Positions 18,157-27,840 of a stretch of DNA of 64,000 nt are shown here, piece by piece. Under the pieces are notes generated by a model, which was not told where the DNA came from, searched no databases, and was given only the letters and a program-made list of their open reading frames with translations. Each line of letters opens with the position of its first letter. The stretch's first letter is position 1. Location: the IMG/VR virus record IMGVR_UViG_3300027804_003127. The stretch is one strand, 5' to 3'. A program made the translations under genes and the position numbers. The DNA is from a virus.

Positions 18157-19193
18157 GACATTTTATAAATTAGAACATTAATAGGGTCAGAGCTGCCTGA
18201 TATTCCTGACTGAAACGTTTCGTAAAATCTTATATCTACATTTGGTAGAACCTCTTCTCCAAAATAGCCACATGGAGTAGCTTCTTTAAAGTCTAGGTAG
18301 TTCTTAAGTCTATATAGGCTTGGATTAGGAATTATTACCTTAAAAACACTTAATCTGTTTTCTATAAGCATTTGATCGAAATTTATTGTCTTTACATATA
18401 ATCCGTTTGGGACATACTCTAAAGATACACTTATGTTTGTGTATGGATTATTTGTACCATCTGTAGGCCTATATTGCAGCCAAGACTCGTTTGTGTCAAC
18501 ATCTGGATATGTTGAGCTTTTTACTGGAACATTGAGAGATACGCCTTCGTCAGAAGATAGTATCATATAGAACTCTAGAATGCCTGGATTATGCCGTATT
18601 CCATTGTATGATATAAATCTTTTCTTGATAAATCCAAAATTGTAAAATATATCTGTTCCTGGTTCTATTGTAGAGGGACTTGGATCTAAAAAATAAATTG
18701 ATTCATCTATTTCTAATATTGGATCAACGTAATCTTCTTCATCTACGAAGTATTTCTCTATTCCTGCTGCTGTCCTTTGCCAATATCCTACTATTTCATC
18801 TTCGCCATCAAAAGATTGATCAAAATAAAAACTTTTAATGTAAAATTTTGGAACAAAATCGTCTCTATTAAAGTTTATTCTGAAATGAGAATATTTATCA
18901 AGATCTAGTATTATTTTAGATTGCTCCGAAGATACGGAAATATTTGAAGAAGCATTTGGAAAGGAATTATCAACTTTTCCTTTAAAGCAAACGCCGCCTT
19001 TTTGAATGAATCCTCTCAATACGCCCCTTCTAGCTTCTATGGAAGATTTTGAGTTAGATGTGTACACCCCTGTATTTAACCCATTTCCGTCACAAATTGG
19101 GAGCAATGCTTCCGTAACCCCTTCGTTTACGCCTCCCAAATTAATAATACTTTGATGTATCTCGTTAATTTTTTTCCCATTAAGATTAGGCAT
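18153..19193 (-). CDS. Putative virion appendage protein (paralog 3)
   Basis: Shared N-domain L.GK.I......II.LG....G........DG.G; beta-rich body. Confidence 0.55.
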   Translation of the reverse strand: MPNLNGKKINEIHQSIINLGGVNEGVTEALLPICDGNGLNTGVYTSNSKSSIEARRGVLRGFIQKGGVCFKGKVDNSFPNASSNISVSSEQSKIILDLDKYSHFRINFNRDDFVPKFYIKSFYFDQSFDGEDEIVGYWQRTAAGIEKYFVDEEDYVDPILEIDESIYFLDPSPSTIEPGTDIFYNFGFIKKRFISYNGIRHNPGILEFYMILSSDEGVSLNVPVKSSTYPDVDTNESWLQYRPTDGTNNPYTNISVSLEYVPNGLYVKTINFDQMLIENRLSVFKVIIPNPSLYRLKNYLDFKEATPCGYFGEEVLPNVDIRFYETFQSGISGSSDPINVLIYKMS

Positions 19194-19866
19194 TTGGAAT
19201 TTCTACGCTTTCTATTTTTAATGTAGGAAATTTATACAAACAAACAAAAGCAGATGTGCTAAAAATATTAACTGAATTATTTCCGCTTGATGATATAATA
19301 ATAGGTACTTCGGTATTTATACTTTGATATGTAAAGCTTATGTTTACTGTAACTATGGCATTAGAGTAGTTAAAAATATTAAATTTAAATTCAGATGAAA
19401 TAAACTCATCATTTGAAAATTCACTATTTAAAAAAAGATCATCAACACTAATATTAACATTATATGTCTTTTCAACTGTAGATCCTATTGCAAAATAGTA
19501 AAACATAATATTGCATGACGCTGTCGAATTTACTTCATAAACTATTGCTGTTTCTGACAATTCTACTTTATACAAATAGGAAAGGGAAGATCCTATTATA
19601 GGATCAGAAATATAACCACCGTCTGTGTTTATTTCAAATTTACTGTTAGATGTTTTTATTTTTAAAGCTTTACCGTCTCCGTCATATATGTTCTTAAATG
19701 AAGATGTTATGCCTAAATTGTTGTTATCTAAATATAATAAATCTTTGTATGAGCCAGCAATAGTAGCCAATCTTAATGGATATGCTGTAGGGAGTATTTT
19801 ACCTTTTGTAATCTTATTTGAATAGACTGACCATGAACTTGAGCATTCACTTTTAAATTTAGCCAT
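19186..19866 (-). CDS. Putative virion appendage protein (paralog 2)
   Basis: LATIAGSYKDLLYL...GIT.....IYDGDG N-domain. Confidence 0.55.
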   Translation of the reverse strand: MAKFKSECSSSWSVYSNKITKGKILPTAYPLRLATIAGSYKDLLYLDNNNLGITSSFKNIYDGDGKALKIKTSNSKFEINTDGGYISDPIIGSSLSYLYKVELSETAIVYEVNSTASCNIMFYYFAIGSTVEKTYNVNISVDDLFLNSEFSNDEFISSEFKFNIFNYSNAIVTVNISFTYQSINTEVPIIISSSGNNSVNIFSTSAFVCLYKFPTLKIESVEIPNA

Positions 19867-19868
19867 TT

Positions 19869-20501
19869 TTAAAATCCAAATATATTTTGCTTTATTAAAT
19901 TAACTCTATAAAAGTATTGCTCCACATCTGGCACAAACCAAATTTCTATTCTTAGTAAATCATACTGATTTATTGCACTAATGTCGTATGTCGTATTTAA
20001 ATTCCCTCCTGCGAGCTGTATTAACCCAGCTTCTGGTTGAAATTGATATCTAATAGCTGGGGAGGGGTTTTCAGATTGAAATAAATATAGGTCAGAGTAT
20101 GAATAATAAGGAATGCTTACATATTCAGATCCTATCAAAGGCTTTTTGATGTTAATCAAAGTTCTTTGCCTACCTGGAATAGATGAATCTACAATTTCTG
20201 GTGTAAAATAACTCATTAATATATAAATAGAAGGTTGTCCTACTACTAAGTTTAGAACATCTGAGTGTGCCGCTCTTACGAGACTGTAGTTTTTGCACAC
20301 CGATCCTCTAATGCTATGGTTAGTTATTGCTCCACCATTAAAGTTTATATCTATTGAAGAACTACTGGCACCTATCGGTAATTGATTACCAGATCCGTCA
20401 TTAAAGTATTGTATATAATTTGTAAGGCCCTGATATTCAGAGCCTATATTTAGAATGTCTTTATAACTTTCAGATGGAGTTTTGTCTTTTAAACTACTCA
20501 T
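19869..20501 (-). CDS. Putative virion appendage protein (paralog 1)
   Basis: LKDKTPSESYKDILNIG...GLT......NDGSG N-domain. Confidence 0.55.
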   Translation of the reverse strand: MSSLKDKTPSESYKDILNIGSEYQGLTNYIQYFNDGSGNQLPIGASSSSIDINFNGGAITNHSIRGSVCKNYSLVRAAHSDVLNLVVGQPSIYILMSYFTPEIVDSSIPGRQRTLINIKKPLIGSEYVSIPYYSYSDLYLFQSENPSPAIRYQFQPEAGLIQLAGGNLNTTYDISAINQYDLLRIEIWFVPDVEQYFYRVNLIKQNIFGF

Positions 20502-20941
20502 ATATTATATTCTAAGCCATTATACTCTATAGCATGTACATCGCATAATTTAATAGATGAATCTTTTTGATTAATTATTCCTGCGTATCCAGCATATTTT
20601 ACATTAACCCATTCATTTGAATTTAAAGAGTTATGGTCTATGTCCCTTAATATCCTATTAATAATAGCATAATGCTTCGGATTAGATGGGTTTAAAAATT
20701 TTGCATAGTCTTTAAATGAGACTTTCACCAAAGTATGATTGTAATTTTTATTAGATTTTTTGTGGCATAATATTGTTCCTGTATTCTTTAATACTTTTTC
20801 TACACTTTTATAAAAATCGCTTACATTATTTATATGCCCAATAATACTTATATAATATATGCTGTCATGATCAACCTCTAGAGGTCTTCCTAGCGCATCT
20901 TTTATTTTTTTTTCATTTTTTATATCTTTTTTCGATTCCAT
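20498..20941 (-). CDS. Hypothetical protein
   Basis: First gene of a minus-strand operon; promoter motif immediately upstream. Confidence 0.6.
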   Translation of the reverse strand: MESKKDIKNEKKIKDALGRPLEVDHDSIYYISIIGHINNVSDFYKSVEKVLKNTGTILCHKKSNKNYNHTLVKVSFKDYAKFLNPSNPKHYAIINRILRDIDHNSLNSNEWVNVKYAGYAGIINQKDSSIKLCDVHAIEYNGLEYNI

Positions 20942-20948
20942 ATGGATA

Positions 20949-20976
20949 TATACTATTGCGTTTTACTATAACCTTT
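20949..20976 (-). promoter_or_regulatory. Putative phage promoter AAAGG-N17-AGTATA
   Basis: Recurrent motif 7 nt before ATG 20941 with no SD, so possibly leaderless. Confidence 0.55.
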
Positions 20977-20987
20977 GGAGCAAAAAC

Positions 20988-21845
20988 ATGGATTGCAACA
21001 ATCAAAAACTTGAAAGAAAAGTATTAGACTACGGATTAGTTAGGCTAATAGATACTATGCCTTTATCGAATAGCTCAAAAACTTCATTTGAAGAGGCTAT
21101 AGTGCAAATGGCTAGAGTTAGCTATGGGTCTGGAACCAAGTCTTTTAGAGAAGATATGGGGCTAGTAAAATATCTTTTAGAAAATGACCACACTAGTCCA
21201 TTTGAGGGTGTTGTCCTAAAATTTCACTTAAAAATGCCTATATTTGTGGCAAGACAGTGGGTTAGACATAGAACTGCAAGTATTAATGAATATTCAGCAA
21301 GATATTCAGTTATAGAAGACACATTCTACATTCCAGAAATAAATAGATTAAATGAGCAAAGTTCTACAAACAAGCAAAGCTCTTCTGAATCAGTAATTAA
21401 AGATGCCTTGAATGCTCAAAGTCTAATAATTGAGCATTCAAACAATTCCTATGCTCTTTACAAGAATCTGTTAGAGAAAGGCTTATCCAGAGAGCAGTCT
21501 AGAATGGTGCTTCCTGTTAATGTTTATACGGAAATGTATTGGGTAATGAATTTGCATAATTTATTGAAATTTTTAAGACTTAGAATGGATCACCATGCTC
21601 AATACGAGATACAGGTTTTTGCTAATGCTATATTTGAAATCTTAACAGATGTAGCTCCTAACATAATGTCAGTATGGAAATCAAGTTCTTTCGAAGCTAT
21701 TAAGTTTACACAAGAAGAGATTGAGACAATATCTCCTTTTATGGAATTTAATTCAAATTCTGAAATTGCCAAAGAAGGTTGGAGTAAAAGAAGAAAAGAA
21801 TCTTTAATGGAAAAAATAAGAAAGCTATTTAATGGTAGGATATAA
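20988..21845 (+). CDS. thyX: FAD-dependent thymidylate synthase
   Basis: ARVSY, HTSPFE, PIFVARQWVRHRTASINEYSARY, AQYEIQ. Confidence 0.96.
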   Translation: MDCNNQKLERKVLDYGLVRLIDTMPLSNSSKTSFEEAIVQMARVSYGSGTKSFREDMGLVKYLLENDHTSPFEGVVLKFHLKMPIFVARQWVRHRTASINEYSARYSVIEDTFYIPEINRLNEQSSTNKQSSSESVIKDALNAQSLIIEHSNNSYALYKNLLEKGLSREQSRMVLPVNVYTEMYWVMNLHNLLKFLRLRMDHHAQYEIQVFANAIFEILTDVAPNIMSVWKSSSFEAIKFTQEEIETISPFMEFNSNSEIAKEGWSKRRKESLMEKIRKLFNGRI

Positions 21846-22230
21846 AAACCCATTTAAAGTAATATGTTTTGGAGGAATCAAAATGCCTAACTTAGAATTT
21901 GATCATAAATTTGAAATATTACAAGAAGCTGAAAAATACGTTAATGAGATACACAGTGCAAGATTAAATCCAACTCAGTCTATAACTGGAGAATCTGCTA
22001 GAATGTGGGGAATTATTGAAAAATGGGGCCTTGATCAAGATTCTAAGCTTTTAAAACCAGAAAATAAAGGCTATTTTACCACCATAATAGGCATGATATT
22101 AGATTCTGAAAAAGAAGCAATTAAAATGTGCATTAACACCATGTCAAATTCATCAAAACGAAATGATAAATGGGAGACAATAGCTTTCAAGTTTTTAGAG
22201 GCAAAAGCCCTTTCCAAAGAAAAGAAGTAA
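21832..22230 (+). CDS. Hypothetical protein
   Basis: In operon; an alternative start at MPNLEF has a GGAGG RBS. Confidence 0.6.
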   Translation: MVGYKNPFKVICFGGIKMPNLEFDHKFEILQEAEKYVNEIHSARLNPTQSITGESARMWGIIEKWGLDQDSKLLKPENKGYFTTIIGMILDSEKEAIKMCINTMSNSSKRNDKWETIAFKFLEAKALSKEKK

Positions 22231-22423
22231 TTTTTTTTGGATCTTTGGATGATTCTTGCTTTAAAATAAGCTATAAGCTGTATAATTGTAAAATATTACA
22301 CAGCTTTGTTTTTTATGAACATGAACCTATATTGGACATACTTGAAGTCAAGACTATAATCGGACATGAAAACATATCAGAATATTTGGACACTTTTGCC
22401 TATGTTCTGGATATATATTAAGC

Positions 22424-22741
22424 ATGATAGAACACGCATTGCTTTCAATACTAGGTGGCATATCTCTTGCCACTATACTTGTAGAAAAATCTGACGACTA
22501 TCCAGTTTACTACATAGCAAGGCCTATAAAGGCAACAATAAATTATATTTTTGGAGAAAAATTCGCATTTGTAATGGAGTGTACTGTATGTCTTTCTTTT
22601 TGGACAACACTCTTATGTGAATTATATCTTTATCTATTTGTGACTAATTTATTTACTTGGCCTATAACTGGATTGATTTCATCAGGCTTTTCTTTTTATG
22701 TTATAGATTTTTTGAACACTATCGACAGAAGGAAGGACTAA
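22424..22741 (+). CDS. Small membrane protein with CxxC (DUF1360-like)
   Basis: Three hydrophobic segments; ECTVCLSFW. Confidence 0.6.
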   Translation: MIEHALLSILGGISLATILVEKSDDYPVYYIARPIKATINYIFGEKFAFVMECTVCLSFWTTLLCELYLYLFVTNLFTWPITGLISSGFSFYVIDFLNTIDRRKD

Positions 22742-22742
22742 G

Positions 22743-23552
22743 ATGAAAAAAACTAAGAAACACAAAATAAAACAGGATATAAAATTGTGGCAAGACTTAG
22801 ATGCTATTAGGAATAGCACTAATGATTTTAAAAATAATGATAATTACAAAACAGTAAGGGCTAAGCTAGCAGAGCTCAATTACCCTATAGTTTTAAAGCT
22901 TGCAGATCTTATGCATCATAAGTATCCAGAAACAGACAAAGACGATCTTCAGGGATTCGGAGCTCTAGGCCTTCTTGATGCAATTGATAAATTTGATCCT
23001 TATAAAAATATTCAATTTGAGACTTTCGCTACGTATCGGATCTTTGGATCAATGTATGATGAAATGAGAAAATTAGACTGGGTCCCAAGATTGACAAGAC
23101 AACGGTATTCTAAGATGGAAAAAATAAGAGAAAAATTTACCATTATTAATGGTAGAAGTCCTACTCGTGAAGAATTAATACAAATGGCTCCTGGAGATTC
23201 TGAATTAGAAAAAGAAAAGATAGTTGATGATAGTGTAGTTAAATTTTCTTATTCTATAAACAAGTCTAGTAACTCTGATGATGAAGAAGATTTTTCATCA
23301 ATACATTGTGATAAAAAGAATAATTTTTTTGAAGAACTAGATAGAATAGATCTGTTTAAAAACTATATAGTTTCTAATTTGGAAGATGTAGAGTCTAAGT
23401 TTATTTATCTGGTTTACTACGAGGGAAGATCGCTAAAGGAAGCTGCTAAAATCCTTGGAATCAAAGAAAGTAGAAGTTCTTCTATGCATGACTCTGTTCT
23501 TAAGAAGCTTGAGCCAATATTTAAGGAAGACAAAAATATCCTCATGAGGTAA
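22743..23552 (+). CDS. RNA polymerase sigma factor, FliA/WhiG (sigma-28) family
   Basis: DDLQGFG.LGLLDAIDKFDP...FETFATYRI.G.M.DE.R.LDWVPR; region 3 GRSPT.EEL; region 4 YYEG.SLKE.A.ILG..ESR. Confidence 0.9.
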   Translation: MKKTKKHKIKQDIKLWQDLDAIRNSTNDFKNNDNYKTVRAKLAELNYPIVLKLADLMHHKYPETDKDDLQGFGALGLLDAIDKFDPYKNIQFETFATYRIFGSMYDEMRKLDWVPRLTRQRYSKMEKIREKFTIINGRSPTREELIQMAPGDSELEKEKIVDDSVVKFSYSINKSSNSDDEEDFSSIHCDKKNNFFEELDRIDLFKNYIVSNLEDVESKFIYLVYYEGRSLKEAAKILGIKESRSSSMHDSVLKKLEPIFKEDKNILMR

Positions 23553-23555
23553 TTT

Positions 23556-24128
23556 ATGGATAATCATATTTGTTTAGTTTTAAATAAGTACTGGAAGCCT
23601 ATAAGTTATTGTTCTATATACACAGCTATTTCTAAAATGTTCAATGAAAGAGCTTTGATGATTACTCATCCAGACTTTATGACTGTAAATGCTGAAGAAT
23701 GGATGGCTATGCAATCTGATGAATCTTCTAATTCAATTTTGACTACTAAGGGATACTTGCCAGTTCCTGAAGTTATCATGGCTAGATATTATGAAAGAAC
23801 TGATTTGAGACATCCTGTGTGTAATCGTAAAAATATAATTAAGAGAGATGGACTAATATGTCAATATACAGGAAAATCAATACCTAAAAATGAGGCTACT
23901 ATAGACCATATCTTACCTAGATGTAGAGGGGGAAAGACTTCATGGGAAAATTGTGTAGTTTCTAGTTTTTCTGTGAATAATAAAAAAGGTCATCATACTC
24001 CTGAAGAAGTCAACTATATTTTAAAAAATAAGCCATCAAAGCCATCGTGGGGCCTGGTTGATTTTCTTCCTGAAAACTTCAACATGCCCGATTCATGGAA
24101 AGCTTTTTTAAATGAAAAAAGACATTAA
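23556..24128 (+). CDS. HNH endonuclease (McrA-like)
   Basis: LVLN, VPEVI, R.NI.KRD...CQYTG, TIDHILPRCRGG.TSWENCV, N.KKG. Confidence 0.9.
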   Translation: MDNHICLVLNKYWKPISYCSIYTAISKMFNERALMITHPDFMTVNAEEWMAMQSDESSNSILTTKGYLPVPEVIMARYYERTDLRHPVCNRKNIIKRDGLICQYTGKSIPKNEATIDHILPRCRGGKTSWENCVVSSFSVNNKKGHHTPEEVNYILKNKPSKPSWGLVDFLPENFNMPDSWKAFLNEKRH

Positions 24129-24777
24129 TAATACTCTTGTTAAACTTTGGAAAAATAGATTGAATAATATTCCATGTTTTATTATAGGAAACAGTCCTAC
24201 TTTAAACAACTTCAATCTAGATGTTATATCAAAATATTTTACAATTGGAATCAATCGTGCTTTTTTTAAAATAGATCCATCTGTAATATTTTGGCAAGAC
24301 AAAGAATTATGGATTACTGAAAAAAATAAATTACTTAAGTCTACTAGTTTCAGAGTATGTCATTACAGGGGAGATCCTTATAGGAAATTTTTACACTTTG
24401 AAATTAATGGGTCTCATTTTATGAGATCTGAAGATCCATCCGTTTTGCATGGAAGAGGGAGCACTGGGCCTTTGGCTGTTCAATTTGCAAAAGCATTAGG
24501 ATGCAACCCTATTTACGGCATAGGCATGGATTGTTCTGTAATTAATGGTCAAACTGATTTTTACGGAATAAATAAGACATGGAAAGATCATACTGTTAAT
24601 TTATGCAGTAGAGGACTGCAGTGGATTGACAAGGAGTACAAAAATGGGGAATTCATAAACATCAGCAATAATCCAAAAATGCTGGATACAATTGTCGAAA
24701 AATTTAAAATACATAGCAGGGGAAAAGAATTTTATAAAAATCTACTTCTTGGGTCGAATCCATTGAAAAAGGATTAA
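24112..24777 (+). CDS. DUF115/Maf-like nucleotide-sugar-dependent transferase
   Basis: CFIIGNSPTL, TIGINR, ST...AVQFA.ALGC.PIY.IGMD. Confidence 0.65.
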   Translation: MKKDINNTLVKLWKNRLNNIPCFIIGNSPTLNNFNLDVISKYFTIGINRAFFKIDPSVIFWQDKELWITEKNKLLKSTSFRVCHYRGDPYRKFLHFEINGSHFMRSEDPSVLHGRGSTGPLAVQFAKALGCNPIYGIGMDCSVINGQTDFYGINKTWKDHTVNLCSRGLQWIDKEYKNGEFINISNNPKMLDTIVEKFKIHSRGKEFYKNLLLGSNPLKKD

Positions 24778-24795
24778 GTGTCTGATTCAAGTAAG
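24768..24795 (+). promoter_or_regulatory. Putative phage promoter AAAGG-N17-AGTAAG
   Basis: Recurrent motif upstream of the RNR gene. Confidence 0.55.
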
Positions 24796-24822
24796 AGCAG
24801 TAAAAATATTAAAGGAGACAAA

Positions 24823-27357
24823 ATGAACGCATCAGTTTCGGCAATTAAGCCAAATGCTACTTTTTCACATAATGAAATTAAGACATATACATATGAAGAG
24901 GCACTGCAATCTAGCATAGAGTATTTTAATGGTGATGAATTAGCTGCAAAAGTATTTGTAGATAAGTATGCTTTAAGAAATTCAAACTTATCACTACTGG
25001 AACCTACTCCAGATGAAATGCACAGGCGAATAGCCAAAGAGTTTGCAAGAATAGAGAAGAAGAAATTCAAAAATCCAATTTCAGAAGAAGATATCTATAA
25101 TGCGCTATATTATTTTAGGCGTATAGTTGCTCAGGGGTCTCCAATGTATGGAATAGGAAATAAATACCAATTTATTTCTCTTAGCAATTGTTATGTAGTT
25201 GAATCTCCTCAGGATGCATATGGATCTATAATGGAGGCAGACGAAAATCTTGTCCAAATAAGCAAGAGGCGAGGTGGAGTAGGTATAGATATCTCTCATT
25301 TAAGACCAGCTGGCGCTCCAACAAAAAACGCTGCTAGAACTAGCACTGGTGTTGTATCTTTTGCAGAAAGATACTCCAATTCAATAAGAGAAGTAGGCCA
25401 GGCTGGAAGAAGAGGCGCATTGATGATTACATTGAACGTGCATCATCCAGATATTTTAGAATTTGCACGCGTTAAGAGAAATTTAACTAAAGTAACAGGC
25501 GCAAACATTTCCATTAGTTTAACTGATGAATTTTTGAAGGCTGTTGATACAAATGAGGAATACGAGCAGAGATGGCCTATTGATTCAAAGTCGCCTTCCA
25601 TATCAAGAAAGGTTAGCGCAAAAGAAGTATGGAATGTAATTGTTGAAAACGCTCATCACATGGCGGAGCCTGGGCTTTTATTCTGGGATAATATAATCAA
25701 AGAATCACCTGCAGACTGCTATGCAGACAGAGGCTTTAAGACTATTAGCACTAATCCTTGCTCAGAAATACCATTGTCTGCATTCGATAGTTGCAGACTA
25801 ATGCTTCTTAACGCTTTTGGATATGTTGAAAATCCATTTACCAATGATGCTACATTTAACTTTGATAAATTTAACAAAGACGCCGAGCTGTGTCAAAGAT
25901 TAATGGATGATCTTGTTGATTTAGAAATAGAATGTATTGATAAAATAATCCATAAGATTGAAAGCGATCCTGAACCTGTAGAAGTCAAGGCAAGAGAGAG
26001 ATCTCTTTGGAACAAGATAAAAGACGCTGCACTTAATGGAAGAAGAACAGGCACTGGAGCTACTGCTATTGGAGATACATTAGCTGCGCTTAATCTGTCA
26101 TATACTAGTGATGAAGGTATCGCTATGGCTGAAAAAATATATAAAAATCTTAAGCTTTCAGCGTATCGAAGTAGTGTTGCTATGGCAAAAGAGCTTGGAC
26201 CATTTCCTGTCTGGAATGCTGAAAAAGAGAAAGACAATCCTTTTTTGAATCGCATAAAAGACGAAGACCCTAATCTTTACCATGACATGCAGATATACGG
26301 TAGAAGAAATATAGCTTTGCTTACTACTGCTCCTGCTGGATCTGTATCTATTCTCACTCAGACCTCGAGTGGAATAGAGCCTCAATTCATGATAGATCCA
26401 TATATCAGGCGTAAAAAAGGAAATCCTGGAGATGTTGGTTTCAGGTCGGATTTTGTGGATCAAAATGGAGATCATTGGATGGAGTTTAAAATATATCCTC
26501 CAAAAGTTAACATGTGGATAGAAGTTAGTGGTGAGAGTGATATAAACAAAAGCCCATGGAGAGGATCTACTGCTCCAGAATTAGATTGGAGAAAAAGAGT
26601 TCATTTACAATCAGTTGCACAAAAGCATCTTGATCACGCCATCTCTAGCACTCTTAATTTACCAAACGATGTGTCGGTCGATTCTGTAGACGAAATTTAT
26701 AGAACTGCATGGAAAAGTGGATGCAAGGGCGTAACTATTTACAGAGATGGATGCAGAACTGGCGTTTTGGTTTCAGAAACATCAAGTAAAAAGAATGATA
26801 ATGAAATAGTAAACACAAAAGCTCCGAAAAGGCCGCAAATACTTGATTGCGACATACATCATGCTGTTGTAAAAAACAAGCCTTATTTCGTAATTATAGG
26901 AATGCTGGGAGGTAAGCCGTATGAAGTATTTGCTAGCGAAAACACTGTTGATGATAATGAGATGTTAATACCTAAATCTTTTTGTAAAGGCACCTTGACA
27001 AAAGAGGCTCGCGGTCATTATAGAGCAGATCTATTTGATAAAAATGACAATAAAATGGTCATAAAGAAAATAGGAGACAAACTATCAGAAGATGAAGGAG
27101 CATTGACTCGTATGATATCTACTGCTTTGAGACACGGGGCCGATGTTCAGTTTGTAGTGCATCAGTTGGAAAAAGTAGAAGGAAGCATGTTTGGATTTTC
27201 AAAAAGCGTTGCAAGATCTCTTAAGAAATACATACCTAATGGTACAGAGGTAACTGGAGAGACATGTTCTAATTGCAATACTCAAGACAAGTGCGCTCTT
27301 ATAAGACAAGAAGGATGTGTTATATGCAAATCTTGTGGATGGAGCAAGTGTGGATAA
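24823..27357 (+). CDS. nrdJ: Adenosylcobalamin-dependent (class II) ribonucleotide reductase
   Basis: SLSNCYV, RRGGVG, RRGALM, TNPCSEI, TTAPAGS, KGVTIYRDG, C-terminal Cys motifs; no beta subunit nearby; start revised to ATG 24823 (AAGGAG RBS). Confidence 0.92.
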   Translation: MNASVSAIKPNATFSHNEIKTYTYEEALQSSIEYFNGDELAAKVFVDKYALRNSNLSLLEPTPDEMHRRIAKEFARIEKKKFKNPISEEDIYNALYYFRRIVAQGSPMYGIGNKYQFISLSNCYVVESPQDAYGSIMEADENLVQISKRRGGVGIDISHLRPAGAPTKNAARTSTGVVSFAERYSNSIREVGQAGRRGALMITLNVHHPDILEFARVKRNLTKVTGANISISLTDEFLKAVDTNEEYEQRWPIDSKSPSISRKVSAKEVWNVIVENAHHMAEPGLLFWDNIIKESPADCYADRGFKTISTNPCSEIPLSAFDSCRLMLLNAFGYVENPFTNDATFNFDKFNKDAELCQRLMDDLVDLEIECIDKIIHKIESDPEPVEVKARERSLWNKIKDAALNGRRTGTGATAIGDTLAALNLSYTSDEGIAMAEKIYKNLKLSAYRSSVAMAKELGPFPVWNAEKEKDNPFLNRIKDEDPNLYHDMQIYGRRNIALLTTAPAGSVSILTQTSSGIEPQFMIDPYIRRKKGNPGDVGFRSDFVDQNGDHWMEFKIYPPKVNMWIEVSGESDINKSPWRGSTAPELDWRKRVHLQSVAQKHLDHAISSTLNLPNDVSVDSVDEIYRTAWKSGCKGVTIYRDGCRTGVLVSETSSKKNDNEIVNTKAPKRPQILDCDIHHAVVKNKPYFVIIGMLGGKPYEVFASENTVDDNEMLIPKSFCKGTLTKEARGHYRADLFDKNDNKMVIKKIGDKLSEDEGALTRMISTALRHGADVQFVVHQLEKVEGSMFGFSKSVARSLKKYIPNGTEVTGETCSNCNTQDKCALIRQEGCVICKSCGWSKCG

Positions 27358-27366
27358 GGAGAATTT

Positions 27367-27840
27367 ATGAATATTGTTTTTGAAAAATTACATGAAAACT
27401 CAATAACACCTGTTAAGGCTAACAGTAATGATTCAGGATGGGACCTGTTTGCATGCAATGATGCAGAAATAGAAACTAGAATAATAAATAATGTTGAATA
27501 TATAGTTAACTTTATTTACGACACTGGCGTAAGGGTTGCTTTTCCAGAAAATATATGCGGATTTGTCTATCCCAGATCTAGTATCAAGAAATATGACTTA
27601 ATATTATCAAACTCAGTTGGAGTTATAGACGAAGGATACAGGGGTAGTGTCAAAGTTGCATTTAGACCTATTGTACCACTTCCAAAATATGGACTAGAAA
27701 TTGATTATAAAATATATCAAAAAGGGGATAGGATAGCTCAGCTCGTAATTACTAGAAGAGAAAATTTCAATCTTGTTGAAGGCACTGTAAGTACAGACAC
27801 TGCTAGATCAACAGGTGGATTTGGATCTTCTGGTGCTTGA
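27367..27840 (+). CDS. dut: Trimeric dUTPase
   Basis: SGWDL, PRSS, NSVGVIDEGYRG, GDRIAQL, RSTGGFGSSG. Confidence 0.96.
   Translation: MNIVFEKLHENSITPVKANSNDSGWDLFACNDAEIETRIINNVEYIVNFIYDTGVRVAFPENICGFVYPRSSIKKYDLILSNSVGVIDEGYRGSVKVAFRPIVPLPKYGLEIDYKIYQKGDRIAQLVITRRENFNLVEGTVSTDTARSTGGFGSSGA

Noticed and set aside
22170-22421. 83-aa ORF between hypothetical genes
   Set aside because: The listed start overlaps the upstream gene by 60 nt with no RBS; a shorter TTG-started gene is possible but unsupported.
23556-24128. HNH gene as an intron-encoded homing endonuclease
   Set aside because: Flanking genes are intact and tightly packed, with no intron-like non-coding sequence.
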